A stretch of 33,126 nt of DNA from Actinomycetota bacterium (GTDB taxonomy: Bacteria; Actinomycetota; Acidimicrobiia; IMCC26256; VFJJ01): the NCBI GenBank assembly GCA_009886115.1, contig VFJJ01000160.1:1-33126 (forward strand). Reading direction: 5' to 3'. The notes beneath the pieces are model-generated. The model searched no databases. It was not told where the DNA came from and saw nothing but the letters and a program-made list of their open reading frames with translations. The position numbers and the translations under genes are program-made. Every line of letters begins with the position of its first letter. Positions within the stretch are counted from its first letter, which is position 1. Positions 1 to 8,454 of the stretch are shown here, piece after piece.

Positions 1-669
1 ATGCTGAACCAGGGCCACCTCGTCGGCGAGGTCATCAGGCGCATCACGGGCTTGCGGCTGCGCCGGTTCTTCGCCGACGAGGTCGCTGGCCCGTTGGGCG
101 CCGACTTCCACATCGGGTTGCCGGCCGATGCCGACCACCGGGTCTCGAACGTGATCGCCCCGCCGCCGATGCCGTTCGACATGAGCACCATCGACCCCGA
201 CGGTCCTGCGGTCAAGACCTTCACCGGTCCGATGATCGACGTGTCAACGGTGTCGAGCGAGGCCTGGCGTCGAGCCGACATCGGAGCAGCCAACGGGCAC
301 GGCAACGCCCGTTCGGTGGCCCGGATCCAGGCGGTGGTCGCCAACGGCGGTGAGGTCGACGGCGTGAGGCTGCTGTCGCCCGAGACGATCGCGCTCATCT
401 TCGACGAGCAGTCGAACGGCTTCGACCTCGTGATCGGCATACCCGTCCGCTTCGGTATCGGGTACGCCCTCACCCCCGCGCCGACGCTGCCGTACATTCC
501 CGACGGTCGCATCTGCTTCTGGGGCGGCTACGGCGGGTCGATGATCATCGTCGACCTCGATCGCCGCATGACCTTCGCCTACATGATGAACAAGATGGCC
601 GCCGGCCTCGTCGGTAACCCGAGCGCCGAGGCACTCATCACCTCGCTCTACGACCGGAAGGCACCATGA
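1..669 (+). CDS. Serine hydrolase, beta-lactamase/EstB-like esterase family; 5'-truncated at window edge
   Basis: C-terminal family motifs GHLVGEVIRRITG, PLGADFHIGL, GHGNARSVAR, FGIGY, WGGYGGS. The SxxK motif is absent, so it lies upstream of the window. Confidence 0.85.
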   Translation: MLNQGHLVGEVIRRITGLRLRRFFADEVAGPLGADFHIGLPADADHRVSNVIAPPPMPFDMSTIDPDGPAVKTFTGPMIDVSTVSSEAWRRADIGAANGHGNARSVARIQAVVANGGEVDGVRLLSPETIALIFDEQSNGFDLVIGIPVRFGIGYALTPAPTLPYIPDGRICFWGGYGGSMIIVDLDRRMTFAYMMNKMAAGLVGNPSAEALITSLYDRKAP

Positions 670-800
670 GCGCCAGCGTGGCGACATCGGCGCCGTCGTG
701 AACCGATCCGGTGGTGCTCGACGAGTGGCATCCGATCTCCGCTCTCGCCGAGATCGCGCCGTCGATCGTGCACCGCACCATGCCTCTCCACGATCAGCCG
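666..800 (+). pseudogene. N-terminal gene remnant resembling a Rieske-oxygenase-family alpha subunit
   Basis: ATG at 666 overlaps the upstream stop (ATGA). Reads MSASVATSAPS*TDPVVLDEWHPISALAEIAPSIVHRTMPLHDQP, with in-frame TGA at 699-701, then runs into the 3' end of the convergent monooxygenase. Family assignment is by recalled resemblance only. Confidence 0.4.
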
Positions 801-2338
801 ACCGGTCGGGGTTCCGATCCGTCACGGGCGCTGGCCTCGGAACGGGTCCGCGTGGTCTCTGACAAGCGCCCGAGCGCTCTGACGAGCGCACGGTAGGCGA
901 GGGGGCTGTAGGGCCACTGCGTCACGACCTTGCCGCTGCCGGACTTGAAGTAGTTGTTCGAGACCGTCCACGCCGTGCCCTGCATCGTCGACTGCAACCA
1001 GCGGTCGTAGCGGTCGGCCCAGCGGCGCTTCACCTCGACGGAGGTCGCCCCGGTTCGGGCCAGGCGCCGCACGGCTCGCACCGCGTGCTCTGCCTGGCGC
1101 TCCAGCATCCAGACGATCTCGCCACCGTTGGTGCCGGGGCCGTACATGATGAAGAGGTTCGGGAACCCGGGGACGGTGATGCCGAGGAACGCCCGAGGCT
1201 CTCCGGCCCAGTGCTCGTGGATCGAGCGACCCCCGCGGCCGATCACTTCGAGATGCGCGAGGTAGTTCGTGGGCTGGAACCCGGTCGACATCACGAGCAC
1301 GTCGGCCGCGCGCTCGACACCGTCGACGTCGACGACGCCCGTCTCGGTGACCGCAGCGACCGCACGGGGGATCAGCTCCACGTTGTCGCGCTTGAGGGTC
1401 GGGTAGAACGACGACGCCATGATCACGCGCTTTCCCCAGTAGGGGTAGGTCGGCGTGACGGCCTCGCGCAGGTCGGGGCGATCGGCGAACTCGCGATCGA
1501 TGTAGTCGCGGCACATCTGCTCGTAGGTGGCGTTGACCTTCGAGCCGGGGCGGTACACATTGCGGCGCCAGAGGCTCTTCTCGATCCGACGCAACTGGCG
1601 GAGGCGCTCGCGCTGCCATTTCCACGGCCGACGAAGGGCGGTCCGCTCCTCGGGGCTCAGGTCGCGATCTCCCTTGGGCATCACCCAACCGGGCTCGCGC
1701 TGGAACACGAGCACCCGTCCGGCCACCTTGGCCACTTCGGGCACGAGCTGCGATGCGCTCGATCCGGTCCCGACGACCGCCACCCGCTTGCCGGTCAGGT
1801 CGTGCTCGTGCTCCCAGCGCGCCGTGTGGAACGCCGGGCCACGGAAGGTGTCGAGGCCGGGCCAGTCGGGGTAGCGAGGGACGTTCAAGAAGCCGACTGC
1901 GCTGATGAGCACCTGGCACGTCGCCGACGTCCCGTCGTCGAGGGCGAGCGTGTACGTGTGTGATCGCTCGTCCCACACCGCCTCGTTGACGCCGACGCCG
2001 GTGCGGAAGTGGTTGCGCAGGTCGAACTCGTCGACGACACCCTCGAGGTACTTCTGCAGCTCGGCCTGGCGGGCGTGGGTCCTCGTCCAGTCGGGGTGCG
2101 TGAAGGAGTAGGCGTAGAGGTTCGAGTGCGTGTCGACCTCGCACCCCGGATAGGTGTTGTCGCGCCAGGTGCCGCCGACGGAGAGCGACTTCTCGTAGAT
2201 CGTGAACGTCTCGATCCCCGCCCGTCGGAGCTTCACGCCGGCGCAGATGCCGGCGAAGCCCCCGCCCACGATCGCCACGTGCGGGGTTCGGGCCTGGCCG
2301 AGACGCCGACGGACAGCGGCCGCGCTCGTGACCTTCAC
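794..2338 (-). CDS. Flavin-containing monooxygenase (Baeyer-Villiger type)
   Basis: GGGFAG FAD motif, GGTWRDNTYPG, BVMO fingerprint FRGPAFHTARW, GTGSSA NADPH motif, STGF, PNLFIMYGP. Confidence 0.92.
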   Translation of the reverse strand: MKVTSAAAVRRRLGQARTPHVAIVGGGFAGICAGVKLRRAGIETFTIYEKSLSVGGTWRDNTYPGCEVDTHSNLYAYSFTHPDWTRTHARQAELQKYLEGVVDEFDLRNHFRTGVGVNEAVWDERSHTYTLALDDGTSATCQVLISAVGFLNVPRYPDWPGLDTFRGPAFHTARWEHEHDLTGKRVAVVGTGSSASQLVPEVAKVAGRVLVFQREPGWVMPKGDRDLSPEERTALRRPWKWQRERLRQLRRIEKSLWRRNVYRPGSKVNATYEQMCRDYIDREFADRPDLREAVTPTYPYWGKRVIMASSFYPTLKRDNVELIPRAVAAVTETGVVDVDGVERAADVLVMSTGFQPTNYLAHLEVIGRGGRSIHEHWAGEPRAFLGITVPGFPNLFIMYGPGTNGGEIVWMLERQAEHAVRAVRRLARTGATSVEVKRRWADRYDRWLQSTMQGTAWTVSNNYFKSGSGKVVTQWPYSPLAYRALVRALGRLSETTRTRSEASARDGSEPRPVG

Positions 2339-2464
2339 GCTGGCGCCCCTCTCAGGTGGTCCATCCGACGGAGTCGACGCACCCTCGATGCTCGTTGAGC
2401 CCGACGGGTGGCGTCAACCCGCTGACGTGGAGCACGAACGCGAACCATGCCGCCGTGCCTGGGG

Positions 2465-2504
2465 ACCGACCAGCCTGGTCGGTGGTCGGTGGTCGGTGGT
2501 CGGT
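2465..2504. repeat. Heptamer tandem repeat (GGTCGGT)x4 preceded by an inverted copy (ACCGACCA)
   Basis: 2477-2504 = GGTCGGT x4. 2465-2472 ACCGACCA is complementary to TGGTCGGT, so a hairpin can form just downstream of the SnoaL gene stop. Confidence 0.8.
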
Positions 2505-2508
2505 ACGG

Positions 2509-2910
2509 TCAGCGGTCGGGGCGGTCGCTCAGACCGTCGGCCACGATGAACTGGCACCGGGTGGCGGCGATCTTCCAGCCGTCGCCGGTGCGGACGAGGT
2601 CGTCGTGGTACACGGCGCAGCGCGGGGTGCCGACACCGCGTTCGATGAACAGCAGGTTCCGCACCGTGTGGGCGTGGTCGTCGTCGACCATCTCGATCAC
2701 CGGCGGGCCGCCGAGATGCAAGCCTCCGGGAGCGGCGCCCATCATCCGGCGGAGCCCGTCGTGGCCCACCCAGGGGCGTCCGTACACCTGGTAGGTGGCG
2801 TCGGGCGTGAACAGCGCCACCCACCCCTCGGTGTCGTCGAGGTCGAGGGTCAGGCAATAGCGGGCCACGAGATCGCTGATGGCCACGTGGTCGTCAGGGC
2901 TCGGGATCAC
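2509..2910 (-). CDS. SnoaL-like / NTF2-family protein
   Basis: AISDLVARYCLTLD..D..GWVALFTPDA and YHDDLVRTGDGWKIA are SnoaL_4-type. GTG start overlaps the ligase stop (GTGA). Confidence 0.85.
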   Translation of the reverse strand: MIPSPDDHVAISDLVARYCLTLDLDDTEGWVALFTPDATYQVYGRPWVGHDGLRRMMGAAPGGLHLGGPPVIEMVDDDHAHTVRNLLFIERGVGTPRCAVYHDDLVRTGDGWKIAATRCQFIVADGLSDRPDR

Positions 2911-4526
2911 GATGCGCTCTCCGGTGGACGGTCGAGGTTCGACGGGATGTGCACACGAGCAGCCAGCTCGCACGGCCGGCCCGCTGACTCCCCGGCCAGG
3001 CGTGACCGGACGACCTTGCCCGAGGGGGTTCGGGGGAGCGGCCCGTCCCAGACCACCAGCTGCTCGGGCAGCTTACGGGTGGCGATCCCACCGGCGCGCA
3101 GGTGCTCGACGACGTCGCCGAGCCGGATCGTCGCTCCAGCCTCCGGCTGCACGGCCACGGCGAGCCGCTCGCCGGTGTCGGGGTCTCCGACCCCGAACGC
3201 CGCGCACTCCACGATCCCCGGAAGACGGGCCAGCGCACCGTCGAGCTCGCTCAGCGAGATCTTGAGCCCGTTGCGGTTCACGACCTCCGCGATGCGCCCG
3301 ACCACGGTGAGCCGATCGTCGTGCACGTCGACGGCGTCACCGGTGCGGAACCAGTCGTCCTCGAATGCGGCGGCGTTGTCGGCGGGGTCGACGTAGCCGA
3401 GGAACAGGGCGGGCCCGCGCAGCAGGCCTTCCTGGGCGTGGTCCCGGGAGCCCACCCTCACCTCGGTCCCCGCCATGAAGGCGCCGTCGTCGCCCAGTCG
3501 GGTGGAGGGGTCGTCGCTCGGCAGGCTGCCGGTGGTGTTCGGCGCCTCCGACGATCCGTAGACGCGAGCGGCCACGATTCCGAACTCGCCGGTGGCCTGC
3601 TCGAGGAGCGGGCGGGCCAGCATGGCGCCACCCAGGGCGACGGTGCGAAGGGCGATACGGCGGTCGTCCCGCCCGGCCGCCGCTCGCAGCAGCCGCTCGA
3701 CGATCACGGGTGCGCCGCCGAGCACCTCGGCGCCGAGCTGGTTGATCCGTTCGAGCGACGCCTCGGCCTCGAAACGGTCTTCGAGCGCCAAGGTGGCGTG
3801 CTGGTCGGCGCACAGGTGCATCTGCATCACGCCGGCGATGCTGGTGAGCGGGCTCACGAGGAACACCACCGTCCCGGCTCGGGTGCCGGTGACATGCGCC
3901 ATGTTCCGGGCTCCGGCCGTGAGCGTGTTGAGCGAGTGCACGACCCCCTTGGGACGGCTGGTGGTGCCCGAGGTGAACAACACCACGGCCGGCCCGTCGC
4001 GTTCGGGCTCGCCAGCGGTGTCGCGACTGCCGTCGAGGACGGCTCCGTCGGCGGCTCCGGACAGATCGCCCAGGCGCTCCAACGGCCAGGGGTCGACCTC
4101 GAGACCGGCGAGCAGCCGCCCGATGTCGGAGGCGGGGGCCACCACGACCGGGGCGCCGCCGATCGTCTCCACGGCCAGCGCCACGTCGGCCGTCCCGACG
4201 CGCCGGTCGAGGACGATCGTCGTGGCGCCCGTGCGCAGGAGGGCGTGGTAGGCGACCACGCCGTCGACGGTGTTGCCGGTCACGAGCACCGCTGCGGTTC
4301 CGGGCCGCAGCCCGCCCGACCGGAGCACGGCTGCGGCGCGGGCGACGTCGCGGGCGAGCTCGGTGGCGGTGAGCGACCTCTCGTTGTCGATCACCGCGAG
4401 CATGTGGGGACGGCTCGACGCCGCCGCTTCGATCCCGTCGGTCAGGGTCCGGTCGTCCCAGAGCCGCTCGGCTCGGTAGCGGTCGGCCCGGTCGGTCGGA
4501 ACGGGCTTCGTCGGCGTGATCACCAT
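2907..4526 (-). CDS. AMP-binding acyl-CoA synthetase (cyclohexanecarboxylate-CoA ligase-like)
   Basis: VLFTSGTTSRPKGV, YGSSE, WFRTGD and PRTPSGKV adenylation motifs. Confidence 0.92.
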   Translation of the reverse strand: MVITPTKPVPTDRADRYRAERLWDDRTLTDGIEAAASSRPHMLAVIDNERSLTATELARDVARAAAVLRSGGLRPGTAAVLVTGNTVDGVVAYHALLRTGATTIVLDRRVGTADVALAVETIGGAPVVVAPASDIGRLLAGLEVDPWPLERLGDLSGAADGAVLDGSRDTAGEPERDGPAVVLFTSGTTSRPKGVVHSLNTLTAGARNMAHVTGTRAGTVVFLVSPLTSIAGVMQMHLCADQHATLALEDRFEAEASLERINQLGAEVLGGAPVIVERLLRAAAGRDDRRIALRTVALGGAMLARPLLEQATGEFGIVAARVYGSSEAPNTTGSLPSDDPSTRLGDDGAFMAGTEVRVGSRDHAQEGLLRGPALFLGYVDPADNAAAFEDDWFRTGDAVDVHDDRLTVVGRIAEVVNRNGLKISLSELDGALARLPGIVECAAFGVGDPDTGERLAVAVQPEAGATIRLGDVVEHLRAGGIATRKLPEQLVVWDGPLPRTPSGKVVRSRLAGESAGRPCELAARVHIPSNLDRPPESAS

Positions 4527-4527
4527 C

Positions 4528-5778
4528 TCAGGCCCGCGGGAGCCCGAGGAGCTGACGGCTGATCAGGCCCCGCAGGATCTCAGACGCGCCACCCGAGATC
4601 GTGAGCGCCCGCCCCCAGAGGAAGGCCGCGTACCAGCGGTCGACGACCTCGCGTCCGGCGTCATCGACCGATGCGGATGACGCGAGCAGCTCGAGAGCTG
4701 CTTCCCCAAGGGCCACATGGAGCTCCGAGTAGGCGAGCTTTGCGAGCGGACCGTCGCTCACGTGCTCGTCGTCGCGCAGGAGCCGCTCCACGGTGTCGGC
4801 GACGACGAGCTTGGTGGCCTCCACTCGGGTGAGCAGCACGGCCAGTTGGTGCTGGATGTCCTCGTGGTCGATGGCCCGGCTGCCGTCGGGGAAACGGGCG
4901 AGGCGGGCGAGGGCAACGAGGTCGTCGAACATCATCTGGAGCTGCACGGCGTTGGCGCCCACGTACGCCCGCTCCGACGCCAACCCCGACGTGACCACCG
5001 GCCAGCCGCCGTGCAGCGGGCCGAGCACGTGCTCGGCCCCCAGGCGGACATCGTCGAGGAACACCTCGCAGAACTCCGCGGCGCCCGTCATCTCCCGGAT
5101 GGGACGAACCGTGATCCCCTGTGCCGCCATGGGGACGATGAACGCGGTGAGCCCCGCGTGACGGTCGACGGTCGGGTCGGTGCGCGCGAGCAGGAGGCCC
5201 ACGTCGGCCCACTGGGCATCGGTGCTCCAGATCTTCTGGCCGGTGACGACGAAGCCGTCGCCATCGGCCTCGGCCCGGGTTCGCAGTGACGCCAGGTCGC
5301 TGCCGGAGTCGGGCTCGCTGAACAGCTGACACCAGATGTGCTCGCCGCTGCGGATGCGCGGGAGGTACCAGCGCTTCTGGGCGTCGGAGCCGAACTCGAT
5401 GAGCGCATGGGCGGCCAGCAGGACCTGCTCGATCGGACGGTAGGCCCGGGCCCGGTAGAGCTCCTCCATGAGCACGAGGTCGCGCGTCGGGTCATGCCCG
5501 ATACTGCCGCCCCACTCGACGGGCCATCCGGCGCCGAGGTAGCCCGCGCCGTAGAGCGCGCCCAGCCACGCTCGGATCGCCGCTTCCTCAGTGGCGTCAC
5601 GGGGTGACCGGACGCCCTCGGGGAACGGCAGGAAGGGAGCCCGCTCGGCGATGAACCGTCGAACGTGAGCACGGAACTCGTCGACTCCGAGGTCGTCGCC
5701 GCCGGAGCCTCCGGCGCGAGGCTCAGCTTCGTCCGGTGCTGGCCCTTGGTGATCGGTCCGACCCCCGGACGAGTCCAT
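4528..5778 (-). CDS. Acyl-CoA dehydrogenase (catalytic-type subunit)
   Basis: WCQLFSEPDSGSDLASLRT, GQKIWS, FCEVFLDDV, TISGGASEILR. ATG at 5778 follows a GAGGAG RBS. The longer 815-aa ORF start is antisense shadow. Confidence 0.92.
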   Translation of the reverse strand: MDSSGGRTDHQGPAPDEAEPRAGGSGGDDLGVDEFRAHVRRFIAERAPFLPFPEGVRSPRDATEEAAIRAWLGALYGAGYLGAGWPVEWGGSIGHDPTRDLVLMEELYRARAYRPIEQVLLAAHALIEFGSDAQKRWYLPRIRSGEHIWCQLFSEPDSGSDLASLRTRAEADGDGFVVTGQKIWSTDAQWADVGLLLARTDPTVDRHAGLTAFIVPMAAQGITVRPIREMTGAAEFCEVFLDDVRLGAEHVLGPLHGGWPVVTSGLASERAYVGANAVQLQMMFDDLVALARLARFPDGSRAIDHEDIQHQLAVLLTRVEATKLVVADTVERLLRDDEHVSDGPLAKLAYSELHVALGEAALELLASSASVDDAGREVVDRWYAAFLWGRALTISGGASEILRGLISRQLLGLPRA

Positions 5779-5779
5779 C

Positions 5780-5832
5780 TCGCTCCTCGGTGCTCGCTCC
5801 TCGGTGCTCGCTCCTGGCTGCTCGGTGCTCGC
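5780..5832. repeat. Degenerate 14-bp tandem repeat (CGCTCCTCGGTGCT) in the divergent intergenic region
   Basis: Two exact copies from 5781 plus degenerate copies. On the minus strand each exact unit contains GAGGAG. Confidence 0.7.
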
Positions 5833-5940
5833 TGTTGTCAGTGTGACCCAGTTGCCCTGAGGCGGGCAGATCCGTAGCTTGACGCCGATGTCGTTGCCGC
5901 GTGTGCCCGTCGAGCTCGTTGTGCCTCCCGGCGTCTCGCT

Positions 5941-7008
5941 GTGACGACATCGGCCGCCGAGCTGCACGACCTCCGCGACACCGTCCGACGGGCTCTGGGC
6001 GGCGGTCCATCCGGTGGCGGGCCGCCGTCGCTCGATCCCGCGTGGCGCGACTCCTGGCCCGAGCTCGCCGGGCTGGGGGTGCTGGCCCTGTGCGTTCCCG
6101 AGGATCTCGGCGGGCTCGGGTGGGAGATCGAAGCCGCGTTCGTCGTCGGCCACGAGCTCGGAGCCGCGTTGCATGGTGCCCCCTACGCCGGCGCCGCCGC
6201 CGCCACCGCAGCCCTCGCACCCGGGCTGTCCGACTCCCAGCGGGCCGAGGTGGTCGGCGCCGTGCTCGACGGGAGCGAGCTGCCCACCGTGGCCCTCCTC
6301 GAACCGGGCGGGGTCATCAGCTCGTCGGTCTCGTCGGGTGCGTCCGACACGTCGGTGCGGGTCGACGGGATGGCTCGCGCCGTGGCCGGCGCAGGGCACG
6401 CCGACGCCTTCCTCGTGATCGGCGCCGATGCCATGGCCTACGTCCGCCGCACCGGGCGTTGCGCCCTGGTGAACGAGAACAGCTTCGATGTCACGCGCTC
6501 GTGCGCCGACGTGCGTTTCGACGGCGCCTCGGGGCTGGCCGTGGCGAGCGACCCCACCCGCCGGGCCACGACACTCTCGCTCCACGGGCTCCTGCTCGCC
6601 GCCGACGCGCTCGGCGGTGTCGAGCGCACGCTGGCGCAGACCATCGACTACGCCCGCACGCGACAGGCGTTCGGTCGACCGATCGGCGGGTTCCAGGCCG
6701 TCCAGCACCGGATCGTCGACCACACCGTGACGGTACGAGGAATGGTCCTGCTCGCCAGGAAGGCGGGCGATCAGCTCACGTCCGGCGACCCCGGTGCCGG
6801 GCGCACCGCGTTGCTCGCCCAGGCCGCCATCGCCACCGACGCCGTCGCCATCCTGCACGACCTGCTGCAGCTCACCGGCGCGATCGGCTTCACGTGGGAG
6901 TACGGCCTGCACCTCTACGAACGCCGAGCCCATCTCGACGCTCGCCTCGCCGGCAACCCGCGCCACGCCCGTCACGCCCTCGCCCTGCTCGAAGGCTGGT
7001 GCGCCTGA
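5941..7008 (+). CDS. Acyl-CoA dehydrogenase, short partner-type subunit
   Basis: DYARTRQAFGRPIGGFQAVQHR and QLTGAIGFTWEYGLHLYERRA. Lacks the SEP..GSD motif, as in partner chains of heteromeric actinobacterial ACADs. Confidence 0.88.
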   Translation: MTTSAAELHDLRDTVRRALGGGPSGGGPPSLDPAWRDSWPELAGLGVLALCVPEDLGGLGWEIEAAFVVGHELGAALHGAPYAGAAAATAALAPGLSDSQRAEVVGAVLDGSELPTVALLEPGGVISSSVSSGASDTSVRVDGMARAVAGAGHADAFLVIGADAMAYVRRTGRCALVNENSFDVTRSCADVRFDGASGLAVASDPTRRATTLSLHGLLLAADALGGVERTLAQTIDYARTRQAFGRPIGGFQAVQHRIVDHTVTVRGMVLLARKAGDQLTSGDPGAGRTALLAQAAIATDAVAILHDLLQLTGAIGFTWEYGLHLYERRAHLDARLAGNPRHARHALALLEGWCA

Positions 7009-7035
7009 GCGAATCCAACGTGCGGGAACCTGCCG

Positions 7036-8454
7036 TCACACCTGCGAACGGGCGCCGGCGACCACGGCCTCACGAACGATGGGGAGGCGCACCCGAACCG
7101 TGGTCGACCCCGGGTGTGAGTCGAACTCGATCACGCCGTCGTGACGTTCGACGATCCGACGCGAGATGTCGAGCCCGAGACCGGTCCCCTTGCCGACGTC
7201 CTTGGTGGTGAAGAACGGCTCGAAGACCCGGTGCAGCACCGCCGGATCGATGCCCGGCCCGCTGTCGGTGAGCTCCACGACGATGTCGGCTCCCCGGCGG
7301 AGCGTTGCGATGCGCAACGTCCCGCGCCCCTCCATCGCATCGACGGCGTTGTCGATCAGGTTCGTCCAGACCTGATTGAGCTCGGCCGCGTACACCTCGA
7401 TCTCGGGGATCTCGGCGTCATAGGCACGAACCACCTCGATGTCTCGCAGCTTGACCGCCAGCATCGTGAGCGTGCTCTCGATGCCCCCGGTCACGTCGAT
7501 CCGATTGAGCGCTGCGCGATCCATCGCGGAGTACGTCTTGACGTCCTCGACGAGGTGCGAGATACGGGCGGTGGCCTCGGCGAGCTCGTCGAGGATCGAC
7601 ATCATCCCGACCGTGCTGGTGATCCAACGCACCGCCGGCGACAGCGCCTCGGAGCCGACGGCGGCTTCGAGCTCCTCCAGCCAGACACGGTCGACACCTG
7701 AGGCGGCGAGAACCGGGGCCAGCCGCCAAGCGATGCCGACGTCGTGGTCCTCGAGCCAGGAGCCGATGGCATCCTCGCGATCGGCGCGCTCGATGGCGCC
7801 GTCATCGGCGTCGGGACGTTGTCGGAGCTCGGCCCGGAAACGGTCGAGCTTCAAGAACTGATCGGCGGCGACCCCCTGTTCGGCGAGGGCGACGAGCGAG
7901 GACATCATGTACTCGCTGGCGTTTCGCAGCCCTTCGACAGCACGCATCGACGCCGCCGCGGGATTGTTGATCTCGTGGGCGAGACCGGCGGCGAGGGTTC
8001 CCAGGGCAACGAGCGACTCGCGCTCGCGGGCATGGGCGTCGATACTGCGAACCGTGTGGAAGACGCCGGTGATCATGTGCATCGCGAACGGCGACCACGA
8101 GCCGACCACCGAGGCGAGCTTGTCGGACGGCACGACCAGGCACCGACCCGGAGTCACGGCGCGCCCAGACGCCCGGTAGACCCCGTCGGCGCCGCCCCAC
8201 GCCGCGAGGCCGCCGGCCCATTGACCCGGTGTCGACATCGTGGCGACGACGTTGCTCCGATTGGCGACCCGACGCGACAACTCGATCTCACCCTCCAGCA
8301 AGATCCACAACTGATCTGCTTGGCGGCCCTCGGTGAACAATTCGTCATCGGGCGCAAAGCGGATCTCGTGCCCGGCATCGATCAGCTCGGCCCGCTGCCC
8401 GTCGTCGAGCTCTGCGGTGAGGAACGCGGCCCGCAGATCGTCGGCGAGGCTCAT
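7036..8454 (-). CDS. Cytoplasmic sensor histidine kinase with N-terminal cyclic-nucleotide-binding-like domain
   Basis: LFTEGRQADQLWILLEGEIEL (cNMP fold), H-box LAHEINNP, N-box QVWTNLIDNAVDA, DSGPG, FEPFFTTK, GKGTGLGL. Confidence 0.93.
   Translation of the reverse strand: MSLADDLRAAFLTAELDDGQRAELIDAGHEIRFAPDDELFTEGRQADQLWILLEGEIELSRRVANRSNVVATMSTPGQWAGGLAAWGGADGVYRASGRAVTPGRCLVVPSDKLASVVGSWSPFAMHMITGVFHTVRSIDAHARERESLVALGTLAAGLAHEINNPAAASMRAVEGLRNASEYMMSSLVALAEQGVAADQFLKLDRFRAELRQRPDADDGAIERADREDAIGSWLEDHDVGIAWRLAPVLAASGVDRVWLEELEAAVGSEALSPAVRWITSTVGMMSILDELAEATARISHLVEDVKTYSAMDRAALNRIDVTGGIESTLTMLAVKLRDIEVVRAYDAEIPEIEVYAAELNQVWTNLIDNAVDAMEGRGTLRIATLRRGADIVVELTDSGPGIDPAVLHRVFEPFFTTKDVGKGTGLGLDISRRIVERHDGVIEFDSHPGSTTVRVRLPIVREAVVAGARSQV

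Noticed and set aside
1..669. Beta-lactam resistance gene
   Set aside because: Motifs match the EstB-like esterase branch of the fold, and nothing supports a true beta-lactamase.
699..701. Selenocysteine codon in the stub after the esterase
   Set aside because: The gene is truncated, the position is not a known catalytic site, and the downstream hairpin is weak and irregular. A nonsense mutation is simpler.
4528..6975. 815-aa minus-strand ORF
   Set aside because: Only the last 416 aa are ACAD-like. The rest is the antisense shadow of the plus-strand ACAD at 5941-7008.
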